64,000 bases of DNA from Pristiophorus japonicus (GCF_044704955.1 NW_027254352.1:3224001-3288000); one strand, 5' to 3'. Positions 50,601 through 60,364 are shown, counted from the first letter of the stretch. The notes: generated from the sequence alone by a model not told the origin. A program made the numbers and translations.

Positions 50601-52932
50601 GTGCAGGCGAGCTTGAGGTGGTAGGAGAGGTTGTGGGGTAGGAGAGCTTGGCACGGTAGGAGAGCTTGGGCGGGTAGGTGAGCTCGGGTGTCGGAGAGCT
50701 TGGCGGGGAGCAGGACAGCTTGGGCTGTAGGAGAGCTTGGGGCGGTACGAGAGCTTGCGGAGTATTAGACCTTGCGGGGGTAGGCGAGCTTGCGTGTGGG
50801 TTGGAGAGCTTGGGCCAGTAAGCGAGCTAGCGGGGCGTGAGTGCTTGGCGTTTGTGAGATCTTGGGGGTAGGAGAGCTGAGCGGTAGGAGAGCTGGGGAG
50901 GTAGCAGAGCTTGGTGGTTGAGAGAGCTTTGGGGGTGGAGAGCTTGGGGGTTAGGGGTCTTTGTGGGTGAGGAGAGCTTGGCGGTAGCAGAGCTTGGAGG
51001 GTAGTAGAACTTGGGGGTAGGAGATTTTGTGGGCTAGGAGAGTTTGAGGGTGGGTAGGAGAGCTTGGGGTGTAGGAGAGCTTGGGTTATAGGAGAGCTTG
51101 GGCGGGTCGGAGAGATTGAGAGGGGAGGAGAGCTTGGCGAGGTAGGAGAGTTTAGCAGGTAGGAGAGCTTGTGGGTAGATTAGTTTTTGGGCTAGCAGAG
51201 CTAGCGGGTTTGCAGAGCCTGGCGGGTAGGAGAGCTTGGGTCGGGTAGGATTGCATGGGGATTAGGAGAGCTTGGGGTTAGGATGGCTTGGGCATGTAGA
51301 AAAATTTATTGGATAGGAGAGGTTGGGCATGTAGGAGAGCTTGAAGCGTAGGGGAGTTTGGTCGGTAGCAGAGCTTGGCAGTGTAGGAGATCTTGGGGCG
51401 GTGGCAGGATTGCCTTGGGGGTTAGAAGAGCTTAGGGGTGGCACGAGAGCTTGGCGGGTAGGAGTGGTTGGGAGGTAGGAGAGCTTTGGCGGATGATGAT
51501 TTTGGGCGGGTATGAGTGCTTGGCTGGATAGGAGCGCTTGGAGCGTAGAAGAGCTTGGAGGGTAAGAGAGCTTGGGAGGTAGGAGCGCGTGCGGGTTGGG
51601 GGAACTTGTGGAGTAGGAGAGCTTGGGGAGGTAGGAGAGGTTGGGGCGGTGGAGAGCTTGAGGGGAGAACAAGAGCCTGGGGGATAGGAGAGCTTGCCGG
51701 GTACGAGAGCTGGTGGGATAGGATAAATTGGGATGTAGGAGAACTTGGTGGGGGTAGGAGTGCAAGCGAGGGAGGAGAGCTTGAGGTGTAGGAGAGCTTG
51801 GTGGTTAGGAGAGCGTGGGCTTGTACCATAGTTTGGCGGGTATAAGAGAGCTTGCGGGAGTAGGAGAGCTTACGGGGGTAGGAGAGCTTGGGGGTTAGGA
51901 GATCTTGCGGGTGTAGGAGAACTTGCGGGATAAGGGATTTTGGGGTGTAGGAGAACTTCGTTGGAAAGGAGAGCTTGGGGGTGAGAAGAGCTTACGGGTG
52001 CTAGGAGATCTTGGGGGTGAGAAGAGCTTAGGCGTGGTAGGAGAGCTTGGTGGGTAGGACAGGTTGGTGGGTAGGAGAGCTTGGGGGATAGGAGAGCTTG
52101 GGAGGGTAGGAGAGTTTGGGTGGCATAGGAGAGCTTGCTGGGGTAGGAGAGCTTAGCAGGGTAGGAGAGTTTTGTGTGTAGGAGAGCTTCGGTGGGTAGG
52201 AGAGCTTGGGGGGTGAGCAGACCTTGGTGGTTAGGAGAGCTTGGGGTTGTAGGATAGTTTGGGTGGCATAGGAGAGCTTGGGGAGGTAGGAGAGCTTGTG
52301 GGGGTCGGAGAGCAGGTGTGGTAGGGGAGCTTGGAGGCGAGGAGAGCTCTCGGTGGTAGGAGAGCTTGGGGTGGGCAGGAGAGCTTGTCTGGCATAGGAG
52401 AGCTTGGGGGGAAAGGAGAGCTTTGTGGGGGTAGGAAACCTTGGGGGGATAGGAGATCTAGCGGGTATAGGAGAGCTTATGGGTAGGAGAGTTTAGGGTA
52501 TAGGAGAGCTTGCGGAGTAGGAGAGCTGGTGTGGTAGGGGGGCTTGGGCGCTAGGAGAGCTTGCGGTGGTAGGAGAGCTTGGTGTGGGCAGGAGAGCTTG
52601 TGGGGTTACGAGAGCGTGGGTGGCGGGTGTAGGACTGCTTGCCGGAGTAAGAGAGTTTGGGGGTAGAAGATCTTCGGGGTAGGAGACCTTGGCGGAATAG
52701 GAGAGCTTGTTGGCTCGGAGAGCATGTGGAGTAGGAGAGCTTGGAGGGGTCGGAGTGATTGGGGGAAGGGCAGCTTGGGGGTAGGAGATATTTGGGTGGT
52801 AGAAGAGCTTGGTGGGCGTGTCGGAGAGCTTGGGGCTGTCGGATAGCTTGCGGGGCAAGTAGTGTTTTGGGTGGTAGGAGAGCTTGGCTTGCAGGAGAGC
52901 TTGGCGGGATAGTTGAGCTTGGGAGGCAGGAT
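29620..52932 (+). repeat. G-rich satellite B, ~17-21-bp monomer TAGGAGAGCTTG + 5-9 nt G-rich linker
   Basis: GGAGAGCTTG, or a one- or two-mismatch variant, recurs continuously, e.g. CTTGGGACGGTAGGAGAG tandem at 30771-30810 (18-bp period). ORFs are repeat translations (VGELG / RRAW on +; SSPT / KLSY / QALL on -). Confidence 0.97.
31700..52000 (+). repeat. Diverged higher-order repeat of satellite B, ~9.4-9.9-kb period, about two copies plus a partial third
   Basis: Rare markers recur at matching offsets: GCAGGATTGCCTTGGGG at 32659/42246 and 34209/43802 (also 51404); TATTAGACCTT at 33523/43129 and 40826/50763; GGGGCGAGAACAACAGCTTG at ~34450/~44043; TTAGTAAAGCGTGTGGG at ~38889/~48308. Confidence 0.85.
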
Positions 52933-52977
52933 AACACCCGGTGCATCTATCAACCCACGGGCCTCTAGTCATCGATT

Positions 52978-53311
52978 CATCATCATCATCGGCAGTCCCT
53001 GGTATCGAGGATGATTTGCTTCCGTGCGAAAAAAGTGATCAATTCACAGGTGTTTCAATGAAGGATTTATAATTCCAGGGCCCGAAATATACCTTGAAGA
53101 ATGAAATTTGCCTGTGCAGGATTTGTTTAACGTGGGGTGGCCCTTGCATACCGGCCAACACACGGGCTTGACAGAGCCAATTCTTGGCCCAGTGGCACGG
53201 ATTAACCAAGATGACTGGAGGCCAGCTCTGCTGCACGGACCGAGTGCGCACACATATCCCATTATGGGTTGCCCCGTGCTGCCTCTGGGCCCTCGCCTCT
53301 TCTGGGCCCCA
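52978..53311 (-). mobile_element. SINE-like / non-LTR retroposon 3' portion with (GAT)n tail, copy 1
   Basis: Non-satellite sequence homologous to 55591-55900 and 58671-58936 (shared GAGGATGA, TTTCAATGAA, CCAGTGG, CTGCTGCACGGACC). On the minus strand it ends in ...GGGACTGCCGATGATGATGATG, a short-tandem-repeat tail of the kind found on RTE/L2/CR1-type LINEs and the SINEs they mobilise. Element class is inferred, not database-confirmed. Confidence 0.6.
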
Positions 53312-53312
53312 G

Positions 53313-53476
53313 ATTCCTCTATTAATAAAGCCCAGATCCCACGTGCTTTTTAACAGCCTTCTTAAATTGTCCTGTTGCCTTCAAAGACGTGTGTACTTAC
53401 AAACCCAGAACTCTCTGTTCCTGAACACATTTTAAAATGTTATTACATTGCCTCGCCTCCCTGTTCCGAACAAAAC
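53313..53476 (-). mobile_element. Degenerate CR1-clade LINE ORF2 fragment (C-terminal reverse transcriptase/thumb region)
   Basis: Minus-strand translation reads F-V-R-N-R-E-A-R-Q-C-N-N-I-L-K-C-V-Q-E-Q-R-V-L-G-L-*-V-H-T-S-L-K-A-T-G-Q-F-K-K-A-V-K-K and, after a frameshift, G-F-I-N-R-G. This matches the CR1 ORF2 pattern FG..N..R.Y....LK.V.EQRDLGV.VH.SLK...QV.K.VKKAYGILGFI.RGI. It carries an in-frame stop and a frameshift. Confidence 0.85.
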
Positions 53477-53566
53477 TGGTTAGCGTGTGCTGCCTCTTTA
53501 TGTGAATTTTATCAGGAGCTCTGCTGGATTGCCGCCTAAACACTGGCAGAACCGGTCGGTGTTTAA

Positions 53567-53682
53567 GTGAGAGAGAGTGTGAGAGAGAGAGAGAGAGTGT
53601 GTGTGAGAGGGAGAGACAATGTGAGAGAGAGTGAGTGTGAGAGAGAGCGAGTTTGAGAGACAGAGTGAATGAGAGTGTGAGA
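53567..53682. repeat. Compound (GA)n/(GT)n microsatellite
   Basis: GTGAGAGAGAGTGTGAGAGAGAGAGAGAGAGTGTGTGTGAGAGGGAGAG... directly visible. Confidence 0.95.
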
Positions 53683-53862
53683 TTGTAGCCACTCACCCAA
53701 TTTGTGCATTTACTGGACCACTCCCTCAAATCGCCTTTTTACTGGTGCCGCTCCCATATTCTCCAAGCACGGGAAATAAAACCCTAAGCAGTGAATGTAG
53801 GAGCTCCTGAACTGAGAATTATGGGCTGCATTAACATGGAAAGTAGGAGGACCAGAAATAGT

Positions 53863-54158
53863 GGAATTAGGATTACCAGAAAGAGCGCAATTAGGCGCTC
53901 CAGAAACGTGAATATTCGAAGCCCCATAAGGAATGGAATTATGATCGATAGCGACAGAGGCATTAGGATCTCTAGAAAGAGGGGAATAACGGGCTCCAGA
54001 AATAGGGGAATTAGGATTTCCAGAAACTGGGCAATTAGGCCCTCCAGAACCGTGAATATTCGAAGCCCCATAAGGAATGGAATTATGATCGATAGCGACA
54101 GAGCCATTAGGATCTCTAGAAAGAGGGGAATAACGTGCTCCAGAAATAGGGGAATTAG
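53863..54158 (+). repeat. 144-bp (6 x 24-bp monomer) local tandem duplication
   Basis: AATATTCGAAGCCCCATAAGGAATGGAATTATGATCGATAGCGACAGAG occurs at 53911 and 54055. The paralogous module at ~57050-57200 has only one copy. Confidence 0.9.
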
Positions 54159-55590
54159 TTGACCGTTAAACAGAGGAATTGGGAGCACGAGAAAGAGGGG
54201 GTTGGTTGATCCAAAAAGAGGGTGAATTTGCACGAGGCACAGGGGTATTAGCAGCTCCAGAAACTGGGGATCTAGGAGATACAAAAGGAAGAATTAGCTG
54301 CTGCGGAAACAGCGAAATTAGCTCCAGAAGTTGATACATTTCGAGCTGCAGAAACAGGAAAATTAGCCCCAGAAATTGGGAAAGTAGCAGCTCCTGAATC
54401 ATGGATAATAGCAGATTTAGAAACAAGGGAATTGCCAACAGAAACTGGGAAAATAATAACTCCCGAAACTGGGAAATTATCTCCAGAAAAAGAGGAACTA
54501 GTTCCAGATAGGGGAATAAGGACCTCCAAAGAGAGGAATAGTAACTCCAGAAACTGTGGATATATCTGCAGAAACAGAGGAACTAGTTCCAGATACTTGC
54601 AAATACGGACCTCCAGAGGGAGGAATAGTAGCTCCATGAACAGAGGAATTTTCTCTGGCAACTGGGCAATTAGCTCCAGCAACAGAGAAATTGGGAGCTT
54701 TAGGAACAGAGGAATTTTCTCCAGAAATTGGTGGACTAACTCCAGCAACAGGGGAATTAGCTTTAGAAACTGAGGATTCATTTCAGAAATAGAACTATCG
54801 CCTGATAGGAACTCCAGGAAACAGGGAAAATAGAAGCTCGTGAAACAGTGGAATTTGCTCCAGTAACAGCGGAGTTTGCAGCCCCAGAATCAGGGGAATT
54901 ATTACATCGAGTAAAATGCAATTATGAGCTCCAGAAATAGAAAAATTACTTGCTCCAGAAACAGAGAAATTAGCTCTGGAAACAGGGGAATATTGAGCTG
55001 CAAAAACAGGGGGGTTATCTCTCGAAACAGGAGAACAAGTTCCGGAAACAGCGGATTAGTAGCTCCAGAAACAGAGGAATTAGGGCGAGAGAAATACGGT
55101 AATTACGTCCAGAAACTGGATAATTAGTCCCAGAAAGAGTGGATTAAGTGGATCCAGAAAAATGGAGTTAAGAGCTCAGAAATCAAGGGAATTAGTGCAG
55201 AAAGAAGGGAATCTGCAGCCCCAGGAACTGTGGAATAGGAACACCAGAAACAAGAGAATTAACTCTAATAAAAGGTAATTAGGAGCACCAGAAGCATGGG
55301 ATTAGCTACAGAAACAGGGGAATGGTGGGTTTTGAAAGCAGTGATTGAGGAGCTCGAGAAACAGGGATACTGGGAGCTCCAGAAAGAAAACGATTAAGAG
55401 GGTGCTCCAGACACAGTGAAACTAGCAGCTTCTGAAAGAGGGGAATTAGGAGCTCAAGAAACAGGCAATTTAGAAAAAACTCCAGAAAAACGGGAATTAG
55501 GATTTCCTGAATCTGAGGAATTACAATAGGATAATATCAACATGGGATTAGCTGAGGGCTAATTAGGAGAGACCACCTGAAAAAGTTTCA

Positions 55591-56243
55591 GCATCTCAGT
55601 CCTTCGCAACGAGGATGATTTTGAAACAAGAATGGGATCACAGGTATTTTAATGAAAAACCTAATATTCCAGGTCCTGAATGACATCCTGAAGGGTGGAA
55701 GATGCCTGTGCGTGGATTTTTTTAACGGAGGATGGCTGTTGCACACGATCCACCACATGGGCATGATAGAGCTAGGTCTTTGTCCAGTGGAGAGGATATA
55801 AGACGACTGGAGAACTGATCTGCTGCACGGACCTAGCGCACACATATCACAGTGTGGGCTGGCCGTGTGCTGCCTCTGGGCGCTCGCCTATTCTGGCCCC
55901 GAAAACAGGCGTCTCCTGGACCCGATCACGTCCCTCTCGCCGCTGCTTCTCCCGGACCTCGCCACTCCTGCTGTATTGCCCACACTCCAATCAGCGAACT
56001 GGACCTTGATGTCGTACCTCTTCGCAGCTTTTGCCCTCCTCCACCAGCTCGCGCCTTACCTTGAAGTGATACACAATCACGCTGCTTCAGGGGCCGCTCG
56101 CTGCTCCTTTTATGGCCTCGACCTGCCGCTGATGGTCACTCGCAGTTCAGGGCCGCCACGCCACCCATGGCCGCATCTCCCCGGTTCTTTTATGGTCGCG
56201 ACATGCCACTGATAGTCTCTCGCAGGTCGGGGCCGCCATGCCA
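55591..56243 (-). mobile_element. SINE-like / non-LTR retroposon, copy 2 (longest; includes GC-rich 5' part with a duplicated 58-bp palindromic unit)
   Basis: Homologous to 52978-53311 over its first ~310 bp, then continues into CpG-rich unique sequence ending in two ~58-bp direct repeats (56106-56163, 56186-56243). Confidence 0.6.
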
Positions 56244-56534
56244 TATGGGGAATGATGAGACGGCACCATAAACAGGGCAATTACGAGCACCAGAAAGAGC
56301 GGAATTAGAAGCAACAGACAAAGGGCAGTTAGAATGGCCTGAAACAGGAGGGTTACGAGCACCTTCAACAGGGGGAACCAGCATCTCCACATACAGGAAA
56401 GGAAGATGCATTACAAGTTATTGAATTTGAGCAATTAGGACTTTCAGCAAAAGGCGGAATTCGGACAGGGCACGGCCGTGGAATAACAAGCTCCACAAAC
56501 TGGGAATTTTTATCTCCAGAAACAGCGGAAATAT

Positions 56535-56880
56535 TGGGATCCTACCCCATATTCACCATTTACTGGGGCCCTTCACCAATTCCCCATTTACTGGGGTCGC
56601 TCCCCCAATTCCCCCACATACATTGGCCTATCCCTCAAATCTCCCTTTTACTGGGGCTCCTCCCCCAATTCCCCCATTTAATGGGTCCCACCTCCAATTT
56701 CCCATATACTGAGGGATTTTCCCCACTTACTGGGGCTCCTTCCCCAATTCCCGCATACACTGAGATCTTCCCATAATTTCCTGACTAACTGAGGCAGCTC
56801 CATCATATACCATTTAAAGGGAAAATCCCAGAATTCCCCCAGTTCCTTTGTCCCTCCACTAATTCTTGCATTTACTGTAG
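56535..56880 (+). repeat. C-rich ~28-30-bp minisatellite CCCCAATTCCCCCATTTACTGGGGCTCCT
   Basis: TACTGGGG-like motifs at 56561, 56589, 56619, 56649 and 56679. Each unit holds a small inverted repeat CCCCA-TTTAC-TGGGG. A reverse-complement copy lies at ~59400-59760. Confidence 0.85.
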
Positions 56881-58670
56881 TCACTCACCCAATTCGTGCT
56901 TTTACTGGGACCCCTCCCTCAAATTACCTTTTTATTGGCGATTCTCCCATATTGTCCAAGCAGGGGAATTAATAACTGAAGAACTGGAGAACAGAGCTCC
57001 TGAACCGTGAATTATAAACGGCAGAAATATGTAAATTAGTAGTTCCAGAAGCAGTGGAATTAGGATTTCCAGAAACATGGCAATTAGCGGCTCCAGAATA
57101 ATGGATATTAGAAGGACCAGAAGCATGGAATTATGATCGATAGCGGCAGGGGCTTTAGGATCTCTAGAAAGAGCGGAATTAAGGGCTCCAAAATTGGGAA
57201 TTAAGAGACTGAGAAACAGGGAAATCGGAAGAGCAAGAAAGAGGGGGGGTGGCTGGTAGACCAAAAAAGAAGGAAATTGGCTCGAGAAATAGGGGAGTTA
57301 TTAGCTCCAGAAACTGGGGATTACGAGGATCTCGAAAAGGGCGAATTTAGAGCTCCAGTAACAGGGGACATAGCTCGAGAAAGGGAGGAATTAGTTGGTG
57401 CTGAAACAGCGAAATTAGCTCCAGAACCATTGGAATTCTGAGCTCCAGAAGTAGATAAATTTCAAGCATCCAGAAGCAGGCAATTTAGCTCCATAAAGTG
57501 GGAAAGTAGCAGCTCTTGAATCATGGATATTAGAAGATCTAGAAACATTAGAAGCACCATGTGAAACGGGAGAATATGTTTCAGAAACAAGCAAATTAGC
57601 TCCAGAAATTGGGAAATAATAACTCTAGAAACTGGGGAATAAAATCCAGAAACAGGAACTGGTTCCAGCTAATGGGGAATAAGGACCTCCAGAAGGAGGA
57701 ATAGTGGCTGCATAAACAGGAGAATTTGCTCTGGAAACTGGGCAATTAGCTTCAGCAATATTGGAATTAGGGGCTCCAGGAGTAGGGGAATTTTCTCCAG
57801 AAATTGGCGGAATAGCTCCAGCCACAGGGGAACTGGCTCTCGAAACTCAGGGATTCGCTCCAGAAATGGAACTATCGCCTGATAGGAACTCCAAAAATAG
57901 GGAAAATAGAAGCTCGCGAAACAAGTAAATTTGCTCCTGTAATATTAGAGATTGCATCCCCAGAATCAGGGGAACGAGTACATACAGAAGCAATGGAATT
58001 ATAAGCTCCAGAAATAGGAGAATTACGAGCTCCAGGAACAGGGACATTAGCTCTGGCAATAGCGGAATATGGAGCTACAGAAACAGGGGGATTACCTCTA
58101 GACACAGGAGAACTAATTCCAGAACAGCGGAATTACGAGTTCCAGAAAGAGGGGAATTAGGGGCTCTAGAAATAGGACAATCACCTTCAGACACAGGAGG
58201 TTTAGTTCCAGAAACAGGGAATTAAGTGGATCATGAAACAATGGAGCTAAGAGCTCTGGAATTAAGGGAATTGGTGTTGAAGCAAGGGAATTTTATTCCA
58301 AGTTACTGTGGAAAAGGAACCCCAGAAACAGGAGAATTAGCTCTAGTAAAAGGGTATTTATGAGCACCAGAAACTGGGGATTAGCTACTGAAACAGAGCA
58401 ATTATAGGTTCAGAATTTCGGGAATTAGACACTCCAGCAACAGGAAAATTGGGAGCTCGAGAAATAATACGATTATGAAGGAGCTCCAGACACAATGAAA
58501 CAAGGAGCTCCAGAAAGAAGCAATTTAGGAGAGACTCCAGAAAAACAGGAAGTAGGATTCTCTGAATCTGTGGAATTACAATAGGGTAACATCAACGGGG
58601 GATTAGCTGAAGGCTGCTGAAACAGGGAAATTAGGAGAGAGCTCCTGGATATGGGCAATTAGGTGTTCCA

Positions 58671-58936
58671 GCATCTCATTATAGGCAGTTCTTTGAAAAG
58701 AGGATGAATTGTTTCCACGCCAAAAAATGATGTGTTCACAGTGTTTCAATGAAAGACCTAACATTTCAGGTCTTAAATTACATCCTGAATGGTGGAAGAT
58801 GGCTGTTCGTGGATTGTTTGAAACGTGGGTTGACCGTTGCACACTATCCATCACATGGGCATGATCGAGCTGGGTCTTGGTCCAGTGGCGACGGTAAATC
58901 GAACGATTGGAGAACTGCTGTGCTGCACGGACCTAG
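58671..58936 (-). mobile_element. SINE-like / non-LTR retroposon, copy 3 (5'-truncated)
   Basis: CATTATAGGCAGTT...GAGGATGAATTGTTTCCACGCC...GTGTTTCAATGAA...GGTGGAAGATG...TGCTGCACGGACCTAG aligns with copies 1 and 2. It shares its left flank (TTACAATAGG...GGGATTAGCTGA...CAGCATCTCA) with copy 2. Confidence 0.6.
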
Positions 58937-59175
58937 AAACGTGGAAATAACTCCAGAAACAGTGGAATTTGCAGCTCCAGCAACAGGGTAGTTTGCTTCA
59001 TATATATTGGAATTATCAACTCCAGAATCAATCAGTGGAATTAGTTCCAGAGACAAATGAATTATCTCCAGAAACAGAAGAATTATCAGCTCCAGGAACA
59101 GTGTAATTAACAGCTCCAGAAGCAGTGGAATTAGATCTAGAAACAGTGAAATTTGCAGCTCCAGGAACAGAGGAC

Positions 59176-60127
59176 ACTAATTGCCCTGTTTCTAGAAATC
59201 CTCATTCCACTGTTTCTGGACTTCCGAATTTCCTTGTTTCTGCAACTCATAATTCTCGGTTCAGGAGCTCCTAATCCATTGCTTCGGGATATAATTCCCC
59301 TGATTGGAGAATATGGGAGGGGCGCCAGTAACAAGGCGATTTCAGAGAGGGGTCCCAGTAAATGCATGAATTGGGCGAATGGCTACAGTAAATGCGGGAA
59401 TTAGGGTGGGGCAATGTAAATGTGAGAATTGGGAGATGTTCCCATTAAATGGGAATAGGGGGAGGTGCCGCACTAAATCAGTGAAATAGGGGAGGTGCCC
59501 CCGTAAAGCGGGGTTGGACAAGGCCACAGAATAGGCAGGATTTGTGGAAGGAACTCCAGAAAGATGGGGAAATTCCTCATTATATGCTTGGAATTGGGGG
59601 AGGGCCCCAGTAAATGTGGAATTAGGGGAGGAGCCCCAGTAAAAAGGAGATTTGGGGGAAGGGCGCTGTTATGTGGGGGAATTGGGGGAGGGACCCCATT
59701 AAATTGAGAATTTCGGGAGGTCCCAGTAAATGGTGAAACTGGGGTGGGCCCCAGTATTTTCCCTATTTCGGGAGCCCCAAATTCCCACATTGTGGAGCTC
59801 CGAATTCTCCTGATTCTGAAGGTCCTTTTTCCAGGGTCGTGCCCTGTCCGAATTTTGCTTTTTGCTGAAGATCCTAATTCCTCAAATTCAGGAACTAATA
59901 ATTCATCTTCCTTCCCTGTTTGTGGAGCTGCTAGTCCCCACTGTTTATGGTGCTCTTAAATCCCGTGTTTCAGAAGCTCTTAATTGCCCTTTGTCTGTTG
60001 CTTCTAATTCCGCTATTTCTGGTGTTCCTAATTGCCCTGTCGATCGTGCCGTTTATCATTCCCCTTATGGCGTGGCGGCCCTGACCTGTGAATGACTATC
60101 AGCGGCAGGTCGGGGCTTTAAAAGGAG
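59176..60127 (-). repeat. Inverted diverged copy of module segment ~56186-57085
   Basis: Contains reverse complements of the CACTCACCCAATT marker (AATTGGGCGAATGGCTACAG at ~59369), of the C-rich minisatellite, of GGAAGATGCATTA/TTCAGCAAAAGG (59860-59910) and of the 58-bp palindromic unit (60068-60125), in reversed order. Confidence 0.88.
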
Positions 60128-60364
60128 CTCCACAAACCGTGGAATTTACTCCAGAAACAGTAAAATTAGCTCCACAAACAGTGGAATGAGCAGCTCTAGA
60201 ATCAGTGGATTTAGATCCAAAAAAAGGGAAATTAGCATCTCCAAAAAGAGTGAAATTAGCTCCAGAAACAGTGGAACTAGCTTCAGAAAGTAGATTTAAC
60301 TCCAGAAACAGGGAATTGGCAGGTCCAGGAAGAGTGGAATTAACACCAGAAACAGGGGAATTCG

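Noticed and set aside
29620-52932. Conserved core plus variable linker as a CRISPR-like array
   Set aside because: The core is only ~12 bp and degenerate, linkers are 5-9 nt and low-complexity, there are no cas genes, and the context is vertebrate (CR1 LINE).
29620-52932. Telomeric or interstitial telomeric repeats (GGGTTAGG occurs often)
   Set aside because: No tandem (TTAGGG)n runs; GGGTTAGG is just a linker-core variant of the monomer.
30434-52972. Pro/Ser-rich minus-strand ORFs up to 433 aa resembling extensin, mucin or the Pol II CTD (SSPTP)
   Set aside because: They are translations of the C-rich strand of satellite B; the peptide motif switches constantly with linker length, and there is no YSPTSPS register.
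53039-53435. Short non-repetitive ORFs in the SINE-like element (also 55588-56212 and 58603-58991) as exons of a gene
   Set aside because: No frame stays open across the three copies (stops and frameshifts differ), and I recognise no protein family.
53784-54781. Hydrophobic LIPLFLE-repeat ORFs as membrane proteins
   Set aside because: They are the reverse-strand reading of the 21/24-bp satellite and are not preserved in the paralogous module at 56.9-58.6 kb.
56106-56243. A bona fide tRNA gene
   Set aside because: The A- and B-box matches are imperfect and I cannot fold a cloverleaf; kept only as a possible degenerate SINE head.
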